A stretch of 32,000 bases of DNA from contig NC_007614.1 in assembly GCF_000196355.1 (NCBI RefSeq), positions 2,790,001 to 2,822,000 of the forward strand. Reading direction: 5' to 3'. The position numbers and the translations under genes are program-made. The notes beneath the pieces are model-generated. The model had not been told where the DNA came from and made no database searches. It saw only the letters and a program-made list of their open reading frames with translations. The stretch's first letter is position 1. Every line of letters starts with the position of its first letter. Origin of the DNA: Nitrosospira multiformis ATCC 25196 (GTDB taxonomy: Bacteria > Pseudomonadota > Gammaproteobacteria > Burkholderiales > Nitrosomonadaceae). Positions 19,214-27,897 of the stretch are shown here, piece after piece.

Positions 19214-19232
19214 AATTAATAGGTCCTGAACC
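19214..19232. repeat. IS terminal inverted repeat (transposase-proximal end)
   Basis: aattaataggtcctgaacc is the partner of 18390-18408 and is followed immediately by the duplicated TA. Confidence 0.85.
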
Positions 19233-19473
19233 TAAAGCCGCTGGGGAGCGCCTCTACCGTCGAGGTGAGCGGATGGACAAAATAAGGCTTGATGTAATAC
19301 ATCAGCTCGGAGGGAGCCAACTGCGATCGCACGTTGATCGCAATGCGGTAGTGGGTCCCGGCCTCCTCGACAATATGAATCTGATAGTGGGGGGATGATC
19401 CCGAACCTAAACGGCGACCTATTGCCCTGCCTTTCAGAACACCATAATTATTGAGCGGCATATTCTTCTCCAC
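19233..19473 (-). pseudogene. 5' fragment of the IS-disrupted DUF2278 (YukJ-like) gene
   Basis: MEKNMPLNNYGVLKGRAIGRRLGSGSSPHYQIHIVEEAGTHYRIAINVRSQLAPSELMYY... is the typical YukJ/DUF2278 N-terminus. The native frame ends at ...LPSGF and then reads into the IS (RFRTY, stop). Confidence 0.85.
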
Positions 19474-19539
19474 GGTTTATTCAGTGATCTGCTTGTTCAG
19501 CATAGCTGCAAACCCAGCCATCCGCTCTTCGGACAACAT

Positions 19540-20811
19540 TTACCATCTCAACCGCAGGTAGCCTTCTGTTTGATTAAAATTGAAGCGTAGTCGATTCATC
19601 CCACGCCGGATCGGGAACTGCCTGGGCGACGGCTTGAACGGTCCGGCGGCTGAACGGGACTGCTCGATTCGAAGCCGTGTTTCGCGTGGCGAGAAAATGC
19701 GTAATTCGAACTGCCCGGTGCGGATTTCCCGTAACTCCGGCGCAAATGGCCGTGCGAGCGGCTCTCCTATGAAGACGCCTTCTCCCGGCCATGCCACGCT
19801 CTTCCAGTAGGCTTCGAGGGCGCTTGCACCAAGCGCGTAATGAAACATGGCAATAGCGGGAAAAGGAAATTTCTGCATATGGCTGCAAGGTTCCACCACT
19901 GTGCCGTAACTGGCCGTGGCTCCCGCTTCAAGCCATTGCAGGCTGCTCATCTGGCTTGAGCCTGTAAGCTGCCCTCCCGCCGAGGTCAAATGATCCGCCA
20001 ATGCACCCGGCAAAAAATCCAGCGTGTCGAGCTGCGGTACCCGGACCAGTCCCGTGAAGTAAAATAGAACGTCGTGCCGGTCGGTAATAGCATCCGTTTC
20101 AAGAATCTCGATGGGAAAAACACCGTTCAGTTGCTGCGCCGTCATTTCGAAATAATTCGCGCGCACGCTTCGCGCCTTGTCAGAAGTAATGACAAGATAG
20201 GCGTGTCCCGCGGGGAAAGTGTGATCAGCCGCCACGCCACGATCGATCAGCGATTTGACCTGTTCGAAATCGAGCCCCGCCAACATCATCGCCGGCCTCA
20301 ACTGGTGGTCACTGGCAGGATGATGACTCGGCGAATTGAAATAGGGACTGGCGGCAGTTGCGCCGCAATTAAAGGAACAATACTTTTCGTCGAACCCGAA
20401 AGCCAGCGCGGAAGTCAGCGACATGCAATCCACCCGGTAGGGAAGAGTCCAGGCCACTGCGTAGGCCTGGACGTGCGCCGGCACCTTCTGGTCTATCTCG
20501 GCTTTCAGTTCCTGAAACTCCTCCCGCGACAGTGCAGCTCGACCGGGAGGAAACTGTAAATGGATCATATTGGACGCCGGAATGCCGCGTGCCTCGCGGT
20601 AGTACTGTCCAATCTGCACTGAAAGAGGGTCGCTGTCATTGATGATGACGGCGACGTCGCCAGGGGTAAGGCTGGTTTGCGGCAACTGGACGTGCGTTTC
20701 GGCCTTGCCTGCCGATGGAAGCAATAACAGCATGACAAGTGAAGTGACGACAAGGAGCGCAATCCGCATTGTCAGAAGAAAGCTGGATTTGCTACCGGCG
20801 GCGCGCTGCAT
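19540..20811 (-). CDS. secreted/anchored hypothetical protein (resembles the TIGR03790 family as I recall it)
   Basis: The hydrophobic N-terminus MRIALLVVTSLVMLLLLPSAGKA is preceded by 14 aa, so ATG 20769 is an alternative start. The pattern LPQTSLTPGDVAVIINDSDPLSVQIGQYYREARGIPASNMIHL matches my memory of that family. No catalytic motif recognised. Confidence 0.7.
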   Translation of the reverse strand: MQRAAGSKSSFLLTMRIALLVVTSLVMLLLLPSAGKAETHVQLPQTSLTPGDVAVIINDSDPLSVQIGQYYREARGIPASNMIHLQFPPGRAALSREEFQELKAEIDQKVPAHVQAYAVAWTLPYRVDCMSLTSALAFGFDEKYCSFNCGATAASPYFNSPSHHPASDHQLRPAMMLAGLDFEQVKSLIDRGVAADHTFPAGHAYLVITSDKARSVRANYFEMTAQQLNGVFPIEILETDAITDRHDVLFYFTGLVRVPQLDTLDFLPGALADHLTSAGGQLTGSSQMSSLQWLEAGATASYGTVVEPCSHMQKFPFPAIAMFHYALGASALEAYWKSVAWPGEGVFIGEPLARPFAPELREIRTGQFELRIFSPRETRLRIEQSRSAAGPFKPSPRQFPIRRGMNRLRFNFNQTEGYLRLRW

Positions 20812-20936
20812 CTCTCTGGGTCAGGCGCACTATCCGCGGCACCGGCAGGCGGAAAAGCATCCCAGGAAACCAATGTCCCGAAAAGGGGATCAGAGAGGGA
20901 TTATTATTCCTTATTGCATCCATACGTTTCATCCTT

Positions 20937-22091
20937 ATGCATCATAATGATTCGAGAAGAACAGGTCTACCTTCCATGCTTTCACTCCATGATCTTCTTC
21001 ACCGGCAGGTTCCTCGAGTTCCGGTAACGAAGCTGCTGGTGTCGACCAACCTGCTGATCTTTGTAGCCATGCTTGCCAGCGGAGCAGGCTTGTGGCACTC
21101 ATCCAATGGCGTACAACTCGCCTGGGGCGCCAACTTCGGTCCCGCTACCCAGGATGGGGAGTGGTGGCGCCTCGGGACCGCCATGTTCCTTCATTTTGGC
21201 CTGGTCCATCTCACCTTGAACCTCTGGGCGCTCTGGGATGCAGGCCAACTGGTTGAGCGCATGTACGGGCACGCGCGCTTTACCGCCCTCTACTTTGCCA
21301 GCGGTCTTGCCGGCAATCTGCTCTCGCTGGTTGCCCATAAAGGCTTGGCCATTTCCGGCGGCGCTTCGGGCGCCATTTTCGGCCTATATGGCGCCCTGCT
21401 GGTATTTCTCTGGCGCGAGCGCGGCAGGCTGCATCCCCACGAGTTCCGATGGTTTTTCTGGGGCGCCACGGCTTTTGCAATTGTCAGCCTTGGGCTGGGC
21501 CTCGCAATTACCGGTATCGATAACGCTGCTCATATCGGCGGTTTCGTGACCGGTCTGCTCGGCGGAATAGTATTTGCAAACCCAAGGATGAACGAAAAGC
21601 CTTCTCATGTATTCAGCAGCCGCCTTTCCGCTATAAGCATTCTTGCACTGGCCGTCTTCATGCTGATCGTTCGGATTCCCCCTCCCGCCTATAAGTGGAG
21701 CGAGGAAGTATTGGCGCGCAAGGAAATCGGCAATTTTCTGCGCGATGACCGGGCGATCACCCAGGCTTGGCAGCATATACTCGATGAGGCCAGGCGAGGA
21801 GGAATCTCCTTTGACGAACTGGCGGGGCAAATCGATACTGCGGTGGGTAATCCCTATGAAGAAAGCTTCGAGCAGCTTTCGGAACTTCCCCCTGATCCCG
21901 CATTGCCTTCTGCCGCTACGGTAGAAATGCTGCGAGACTACGCCGAACGCCGGAGGGATGCGTCCCGCGCCCTTGCGGAAGGTCTGCGCACTCACAATCC
22001 CGCGCAAATCCGCCACGCGCTGGAAATGGCGAGGGAGCCGCTCCAGCTGCCCAAGCTCTCCCCGCCAACCCCGTCCGCCCTACCCCGCTGA
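20937..22091 (+). CDS. rhomboid-family intramembrane serine protease with a long C-terminal helical extension
   Basis: WWRLGTAMFLHFGLVHLTLNLWALW, catalytic Ser in GASGAIFGLYGALLV, and catalytic His in AHIGGFVTGLLGG. A seventh TM (ISILALAVFMLIV) is followed by ~140 soluble residues. The start is uncertain (ATG 20937 or 20976); the track start at 20769 overlaps the divergent gene. Confidence 0.85.
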   Translation: MHHNDSRRTGLPSMLSLHDLLHRQVPRVPVTKLLVSTNLLIFVAMLASGAGLWHSSNGVQLAWGANFGPATQDGEWWRLGTAMFLHFGLVHLTLNLWALWDAGQLVERMYGHARFTALYFASGLAGNLLSLVAHKGLAISGGASGAIFGLYGALLVFLWRERGRLHPHEFRWFFWGATAFAIVSLGLGLAITGIDNAAHIGGFVTGLLGGIVFANPRMNEKPSHVFSSRLSAISILALAVFMLIVRIPPPAYKWSEEVLARKEIGNFLRDDRAITQAWQHILDEARRGGISFDELAGQIDTAVGNPYEESFEQLSELPPDPALPSAATVEMLRDYAERRRDASRALAEGLRTHNPAQIRHALEMAREPLQLPKLSPPTPSALPR

Positions 22092-22304
22092 CGCCGCCCG
22101 ATCCCGCATTTCGCGGAGATATCTTCTCTGGTTATCCTCCCGGCCATTTGTCATGCAACTCGTCTGGCACGTCCTTTCTTGACATGCGCAGCTTATAGAC
22201 TAAGGTTAAAAGAATAAACAAAATTCAAAGTCAGCAGTTATCCCATTCAGTCTCGTAAAGAAGGAAACATCCTCAAGGGCCGGGAATAAATTAACAACAG
22301 CAGC

Positions 22305-23078
22305 GTGCTGCCCAGCTCGGAGGCGGTCATCAGCCCGCAGTCCGAAGCCGGTTTTCGCCCATTGTTCGAGGGTACGGATAAAACCTTCAAGGAATGGTAC
22401 CTTGCCGGCCCGGGAGGTGGAGGCATGCTTCATTTGAATGGTGAAATGGTAAGTTACGGGAGGGGCGGACTGAGGCTTTTTTATTACGCCAAGGAAGTCT
22501 TCAGCGATTTTACATTGCGCCTCCAGTTCCGTATCTTCGACACCGCGAACCATAACAGTAGCGTCTTCATTCGCTTCCCGCGTCCGACACTTGAACTTGC
22601 GGATGCGCTCAAAACCCGTATCCCGAATGAACCGTTCTTCGATGCAGGCAATGCGGCCTGGAGGCCAGTCGTAGCGGGCTTTGAGGTTCAGATCGATGAC
22701 AACGCGCGCGGCGACTCGGGTAAGGATTTCCATGGAATCAAGCCTGAGCCTGATGGCCTGTTCAAAAACCGGACGGGTGCCATATACAAGATTCAAGCCG
22801 GCGATCGCGTCTGGCACCTGAACTTCAACGAGCCTGCCGTACAGAATTACACCCCCGGGCCCGCGCTTGTTCCGGGTGTCTGGTTCGAATACGAGATCGA
22901 GGTACATGGCAATAACTATACGGTTTTTCTAACCAATATCCAGACCGGCGTACGACAGCAGACCACCTCATTTGCCAATACCGATGGAGAGCGTGGTGGG
23001 GCCCCAGGCTTCATCGGGATACAGGTATATCCAGGCAGTACCCTCGCCTGGCGACATATACGCATCAAGACACCTTGA
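22305..23078 (+). CDS. DUF1080 (3-keto-disaccharide hydrolase-like, concanavalin-fold) domain protein
   Basis: FRPLFEGTDKTFKEW...LFYYAKEVFSDFTLRLQFRI...NSSVFIRF...GFEVQIDD...TGAIYKI...PGVWFEYEIEVHGNNYTVFLN...GFIGIQ fits the DUF1080 pattern. GTG start, with an in-frame TAA at 22287-22289, so no signal peptide is possible. The overlapping minus-strand 233-aa ORF has no recognisable features. Confidence 0.7.
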   Translation: MLPSSEAVISPQSEAGFRPLFEGTDKTFKEWYLAGPGGGGMLHLNGEMVSYGRGGLRLFYYAKEVFSDFTLRLQFRIFDTANHNSSVFIRFPRPTLELADALKTRIPNEPFFDAGNAAWRPVVAGFEVQIDDNARGDSGKDFHGIKPEPDGLFKNRTGAIYKIQAGDRVWHLNFNEPAVQNYTPGPALVPGVWFEYEIEVHGNNYTVFLTNIQTGVRQQTTSFANTDGERGGAPGFIGIQVYPGSTLAWRHIRIKTP

Positions 23079-23331
23079 AAGCATTGTGCAAGGCTCCAAT
23101 GGTCTTGACTGGCAGAATCAACACGGGAGGAAATCACAACCGATTCCTTCCGGAGATCAAGGGCAGAAAAATTCCCCAATCCGGTTCAAGCCGATTTCCA
23201 GGAGAACTGAGGTGTTGAGGTACTTCTGATGAACTGTCCCGCCTTTTCCAACTGGAGTCCAAGAGGAATAATTAACAGAGCTATCTTTCAGCGGACTTCA
23301 CAAGCCACCCATTCAAGGAGGAGGAATCACG

Positions 23332-24252
23332 ATGTCTTATCCAGGGCTTCTTAGGCATTGTCTTATTGCTGCTTCATTGACGCTCGTCGTCGCAATCACT
23401 CACGCCGCGGACACCCGAGCCATCCTGAATACGGCCGAGATCGAGCGGTTGACAGGGCTCAAGGGAACGTACTCCAAGGAGGAAAACGTTTTCAAAGTGT
23501 CCAAGCCACGCACTGACGTAAAGATACAGGTAGATAAATGGCCAATGCCGCCTTTCATGGGCTTGGGCTCATGGGCTGGCTTTGCTCCTGCACAGGATGA
23601 CCAGGTCGTAATGATGGGCGATACCGTGCTGTTCGAGGATGAGGTCAATCCTGCGATAAGCGCGGCTTTCGAGGCGGGGCTGGAAGTAACTGGCTTGCAC
23701 AATCATTTTTTCTTTGATGAACCCAAGGTGTATTTCATGCACATCGGTGGCAGGGGAAGCGCTGCTGAACTTTCGGCCGGGGTAAAGAAGATTTATGACA
23801 AGGTCGCTGAAATCCGCGCTGTCCAGCCTGTTCCCTCTTCACGGTTTCCCAAGACAATCCCGCAGGAGAACAAGATTTCCCCTCAGCCTCTGGAACAAAT
23901 CCTGGACATGAAAGGAACTTCGAAAGATGGCATGTTTAAAGTTGTCATCGGCCGCCCCGCCACCATTCATGGGGTATCAGTGGGAAAAGAAATGGGTATA
24001 AACACATGGGCGGCCTTTGCGGGCAGCGATAGCGAGGCAGTGGTGGATGGGGATTTCGTCATGCTCCCCGATGAAATGCAGACTGTCTTGAGAACAATGC
24101 GAGAAGGCGACATAAATATTGTAGCAATTCATCAACACATGACGCATGAGCAGCCCCATCACTTATTCATGCACTACTGGGGCAAAGGCAATGCAGCCGA
24201 TCTGGCAAAAACCATCAGGAAAGCCCTGGATGCACAGGCGCATCACAAATAA
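23332..24252 (+). CDS. secreted DUF1259 (LppY/LpqO-like) protein with an internal duplication
   Basis: AAGGAGGAGG RBS and signal peptide MSYPGLLRHCLIAASLTLVVAITHA. There are two homologous halves, each ending in an HNH/HQH...F(M)H..G.G....L motif: GLHNHFFFDEPKVYFMHIGGRGSAAELSAGVKKIYD and AIHQHMTHEQPHHLFMHYWGKGNAADLAKTIRKALD. Confidence 0.75.
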   Translation: MSYPGLLRHCLIAASLTLVVAITHAADTRAILNTAEIERLTGLKGTYSKEENVFKVSKPRTDVKIQVDKWPMPPFMGLGSWAGFAPAQDDQVVMMGDTVLFEDEVNPAISAAFEAGLEVTGLHNHFFFDEPKVYFMHIGGRGSAAELSAGVKKIYDKVAEIRAVQPVPSSRFPKTIPQENKISPQPLEQILDMKGTSKDGMFKVVIGRPATIHGVSVGKEMGINTWAAFAGSDSEAVVDGDFVMLPDEMQTVLRTMREGDINIVAIHQHMTHEQPHHLFMHYWGKGNAADLAKTIRKALDAQAHHK

Positions 24253-24267
24253 CCGGCAAAAGGCAAT

Positions 24268-26244
24268 CTACGCGTCACTTTGTTTGCCCGTGCGGGTTTT
24301 AGTGACTTTGAAATGATCCGGCAACCACTTTATGCCGGATAGTACCTGCTCCGCCTGCCGCACCAGGTCGCCTTTCTTGAGTCCATTCATGCTCCGTGCA
24401 TGTTCGGGCGAAACCGCTTGCGCCACAATCGCAAGGAGCCGGTCTTTGCTGACGTGGGACAAATAGCTCTCCCCTGTCGCTTCCCACCAGTCGGCCATGT
24501 CCAGATTCAAGGCGGTCATGAGTGCAGTTACATCCTGTGGCGGTGTGCTTTCCCGTTCCGACACCGTATTGACCGAAACCGCCGTGCAGAAAGCCAGCAG
24601 ATCCAGAAGGTCTTGCTGCGACTGCTCCAGTAGCCACCCAAACAGGGTCATGCCGCCCCGCCCTGCCGCATCGATACGCTTCTGCCATTGCCGGCGCTTT
24701 TTTGCAAGTGCGGTCGCTGCCTTGCTCTGCTCAATACCCTCCGCATCCGGCTTGACACGGGTTTCCTCGATGCTGATCTGCAGGACAGGATTTGACGCGG
24801 AATCATTTGAGAAAATCTGTACCGCCATCCGGTGCACGAGGGCGGCGAGCGCAACTTCCGGCCGGTTCGTCATGGCTGCCTGCACGGCGGCCGTGCGATG
24901 CACGGTCAGCATGCGGGTCAGCTTCTCCGAATGGACCGGCTTCTCGCCACCGGCTCCTTCAATCGCTGCCGCTTCCCGCTCCCCTGACTCTCCCGGTTCA
25001 TTTTGTTCCCTCGATTCCCTTGGTTCTTTTGATTCCTTTGATTCCTTCGGTTGCTTCCTCATGTCCTCCTTGCGGATGAGGCCCCGCTCGATACGGAGCT
25101 TGCCTTCGTGGTCGACGGTGGCAATGGCTCCTGCAATTGCAAGATCGTCCGGATAAATTTCCTCCAGCGATTCGGCAAGCTTCGTCAGTTCGTCCCGAAT
25201 GCGCTCCGCTTTTTTCTTTTTCTCTATTGATTTGTAGAGTTCTCCTGTGCTGCCCCGCTCCTCATCGGATCCATCATATCCGGCCTCGATGGCTTCCAGT
25301 TCCGCTTCCAGCGCATCCATCCTGGCCTGCTCCGCCGAAGTCGGCTCGCGTCTGACTATCCGCATCTGCGAGAATTCGGCCCTGTCTGAATAGTCGAAGG
25401 TGGTGCGAACCTGTACCCACGCATATCCTTTCTCCTTCAGCGGCTCGACCGCCTGATTGAGTTTCTCCAGGGCAAGCGACTCGAGCAATTCAGCATCCTG
25501 CATATAACCGTCGTCCTCCTCCCCGAAAAGATCACGACGTATCACGCCTCCTGCGGCCTCGTATTCCTCTACTCCGACGAATCTGGCAAGCGGGCTCGTC
25601 CTTATGTTGATCTCGGTTTCGGTGATGAGCCGCCGGAAGGTTGCGCCGTTGCGCTGGTATTCCGGCGTGTTGTCCCAGAGCCGCTCCTGCAATTCGTGGT
25701 CGTCGGTGAGCGCCAAGGCTGTTATCTGCTCGAAGCTCATCCTGTCTTCGGCATACAGCGCGAAAATCCTGGGGGAGACCTTGGTCAGCTTGAGGTAACG
25801 CCTGACGGTCAGCGGAGAGACGCCAAAGCGCGGGGCAATCTCATCCAGCGCAAATCCCGCATCTATCAGGCTGCGATAGGCCATAACGAGATCGGCAGGA
25901 TGCATGTGCTCCCGCCCACTGTTCTCGGACAGGCTTATTTCCAGCGCCTCTTTGTGCTCGACCACCCGGCAATCCACCTCATGGTCTTTCGACAGGCGCC
26001 TATCGGCTACCAGCAGGTTCAAGGCGGCCAGCCTGCGGCCGCCGGCAATCACTTCATACTTGCCGCTTTTCCTGCCCTTTTTCTGCTGCACGGTAACGAC
26101 CAGGTTGTGGATCAATCCCTGCGAAGCGATCAGAGCGGCCAATTCTTCGATGCCGGTTCCCTGCTTCTTGCGAACATTCAGGGGGGAGATGACAAGTTTT
26201 TTTATCGGAATGCGGACAAGACCGGTTTCGATGGTTTCCATCAT
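24268..26244 (-). CDS. large ParB/Sulfiredoxin-domain protein of the plasmid/ICE-borne type (orphan, no ParA partner)
   Basis: AGGAGA RBS. N-terminal ParB N-domain IPIKKLVISPLNVRKK...ELAALIASQGLIHNLVV...YEVIAGGRRLAALNLL, an HTH-like segment GVSPLTVRRYLKL, a charged low-complexity core, and a conserved-looking C-terminus ending GIKWLPDHFK. Confidence 0.85.
   Translation of the reverse strand: MMETIETGLVRIPIKKLVISPLNVRKKQGTGIEELAALIASQGLIHNLVVTVQQKKGRKSGKYEVIAGGRRLAALNLLVADRRLSKDHEVDCRVVEHKEALEISLSENSGREHMHPADLVMAYRSLIDAGFALDEIAPRFGVSPLTVRRYLKLTKVSPRIFALYAEDRMSFEQITALALTDDHELQERLWDNTPEYQRNGATFRRLITETEINIRTSPLARFVGVEEYEAAGGVIRRDLFGEEDDGYMQDAELLESLALEKLNQAVEPLKEKGYAWVQVRTTFDYSDRAEFSQMRIVRREPTSAEQARMDALEAELEAIEAGYDGSDEERGSTGELYKSIEKKKKAERIRDELTKLAESLEEIYPDDLAIAGAIATVDHEGKLRIERGLIRKEDMRKQPKESKESKEPRESREQNEPGESGEREAAAIEGAGGEKPVHSEKLTRMLTVHRTAAVQAAMTNRPEVALAALVHRMAVQIFSNDSASNPVLQISIEETRVKPDAEGIEQSKAATALAKKRRQWQKRIDAAGRGGMTLFGWLLEQSQQDLLDLLAFCTAVSVNTVSERESTPPQDVTALMTALNLDMADWWEATGESYLSHVSKDRLLAIVAQAVSPEHARSMNGLKKGDLVRQAEQVLSGIKWLPDHFKVTKTRTGKQSDA
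25003..25047. repeat. 9-bp imperfect tandem repeat inside the ParB-like CDS (encodes a K/R-E-S/P run)
   Basis: tgattcctt occurs twice perfectly at 25030-25047, preceded by degenerate 9-mers. It translates on the minus strand as KESKESKEPRESREQ. Confidence 0.6.
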
Positions 26245-26358
26245 GGTTCTCCTAGGAATGCTTAATAAAACGGAAAAGAAAAGCCGGTGGTATCAGTGTT
26301 ATCAAGCACTGGCTCGGCATTAATGAGCTTCGGCAAAAGGAATGCCATCACGCCGTGA

Positions 26359-26992
26359 CCCGCTTCCGTAATAATCCAGAACGTATTATCCCTGAATCCT
26401 TCCGTGTTCCCGAAATGGTTTTATCTTATCCTCTTTGGCACGCCCCTTTCGACAGTCGTGCAAAGTTATGTTGATGATGCCGCCATTTATCTGAGTCCGA
26501 GTCCCCGAAATATCGAGGCGCGCCAGAAAATTCGCTAGAAGAGCCTGAACATCGCATCGTGGCAACGAAACGCTACGACCGGATCATTATCATTGCCCAT
26601 AGCCTCGGGAGCATGATCGGATACGATATTCTAAATTTCGCTGGGCAGCGTCATAATAAGGAGATTCGCGCCGGGATCAGCGCGAAATGGCTAAAAGAGA
26701 GATACCCGACTGCAAGGCGACTGCTATTGAGCATGCCAAAACCTCAGCGATTTCTTGACACTCGGCAATCCGCTAGCGCACGGCGCCATGCGGCTGGGCG
26801 AAAGACCCCGAGGACTTCAAGCGGCGTGTCGAGGAACATGAGCCTCCCCTCTGCCCACCCGAATTGGACTCGAACGGGAAATTCTCTTTGAGCAATAAAG
26901 GTAAGGACGGACAGGACCGGCAGCAGAAAGCAGTTGGGCTAAACCAGGTGGCAGGGTTCGCTGCCGTAAACCGGACGAACCTCTATTTATGA
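26359..26992 (+). pseudogene. decayed alpha/beta-hydrolase (lipase-like, GxSxG) gene, 5'-truncated with several frameshifts
   Basis: Homology-like segments sit in different frames: FYLILFGTPLSTVVQSYVDDAAIYLSPSPRNIEARQKIR(stop 26536), then EEPEHRIVATKRYDRIIIIAHSLGSMIGYDIL, then FLTLGNPLAHGAMRLGE, then KDPEDFKRRVEEHEPPLCPPELD...AAVNRTNLYL(stop 26990). No start codon or N-terminal region. Confidence 0.6.
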
Positions 26993-27364
26993 AACAACAA
27001 AAACTATCGCTGCGCTATCTTTGCTGGGGTGGGGGGCATCCCCTGTTGGACTCAGCAGGCCACTGCCATCCAGAATGCATGCACGCCTTTGGAAATACAA
27101 GACATCAATAATTTGATACTTTGTGCAGAAGAGGCTTTGGTAACAGGTGGGGCGAGTGATTTCAGGGAAATATGAGATTCAACGCGCAACAGCCCCAACC
27201 AATGCTCTGGATAACAGCGCGTACATCCCGGGCCAGGAGGGGCTGGCATGCCAATATTTTCCACGACCCGGATTTACGATCACCGCAAGACTCGAGCAGA
27301 GGATAGCCTGACATTCAGGGTGAGTTACTGAAAACCAGCCTTATCCTGTATCCTTGGTTGTAGT

Positions 27365-27778
27365 TCACATTGCCGGGCTTTGGCGGTCGGATGCGGCATG
27401 GTTTTCATCAAGTTTCGATGCCATTTGACGATGCAAAGCGGCTTCTTTCATGTCGGCTGCGACGGTCTGCTCGTGACGACGTATTAATGCTGCAGTATGC
27501 GATTGCAGGTCCTGAGCCTGCCTGCCATAAAGATAGCTTTTATTCTTATATTGCTCCAGCAACTCCTTTTCTTCCTTCACTTTTGCCTGCATTTGCATAG
27601 CGGCATTTTCATAATATTTCGCTACAGCCTCATGATCGCCCGGAGTCGTGGCTTTCTGGATAGCTGCACGAATCTCAGGGGTGTCAATGGGCTCAGCTGC
27701 AATCGTCAACGAGTTCGTCGAACTCAGCAGGACTGCTATCGATAACACTGCGAAGATATTTCCTGATCTTGTCTTCAT
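27365..27778 (-). CDS. small secreted all-helical hypothetical protein
   Basis: Signal peptide MKTRSGNIFAVLSIAVLLSSTNSLTIAAEP, then charged helical sequence (AVAKYYENAAMQMQAKVKEEKELLEQYKNK...). Weak RBS. No family recognised. Confidence 0.6.
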   Translation of the reverse strand: MKTRSGNIFAVLSIAVLLSSTNSLTIAAEPIDTPEIRAAIQKATTPGDHEAVAKYYENAAMQMQAKVKEEKELLEQYKNKSYLYGRQAQDLQSHTAALIRRHEQTVAADMKEAALHRQMASKLDENHAASDRQSPAM

Positions 27779-27897
27779 GATAGTAATGAACCCAAACAGG
27801 ATGAAAGTGAGCTTATCCTATCTCAGTCAACACGCTGCGTATATTGGGGAAACTCTGGTTTTATACTAAGGGAAACCCTTAGAGTGACAAACGTGCC

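Larger units (their letters stand above)
18390..19232 (-). mobile_element. IS5-family insertion sequence, IS427 group (843 bp), apparently intact
   Basis: 19-bp imperfect terminal inverted repeats, a TA target duplication (18388-18389 and 19233-19234), and a two-frame DDE transposase with an A6G slippery site. Excising it restores the host gene frame. Confidence 0.9.

Noticed and set aside
21384-22016. 210-aa minus-strand ORF
   Set aside because: It is antisense to the rhomboid gene, whose catalytic motifs are clear on the plus strand.
22206-22907. 233-aa minus-strand ORF overlapping the DUF1080 gene
   Set aside because: The plus-strand frame shows the DUF1080 motif series. The minus-strand product is unrecognisable and lacks an RBS. 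Only one of the two can be real, and I kept the plus strand (with 0.7 confidence).
25003-25047. Short tandem repeat considered as a CRISPR/VNTR-like array
   Set aside because: The 9-bp period is in frame within an intact CDS and encodes a charged low-complexity linker. There are no spacers, so it is not a CRISPR array.
24497-25156. 219-aa plus-strand ORF (and 25696-26265, 189 aa) inside the ParB-like gene
   Set aside because: They are Ser/Arg/Cys-rich antisense translations of the ParB-like CDS with no start context.
27052-27264. 70-aa minus-strand ORF in the AT-rich spacer
   Set aside because: It has no RBS and no motifs. The region looks like the eroded 3' continuation of the hydrolase pseudogene on the opposite strand.
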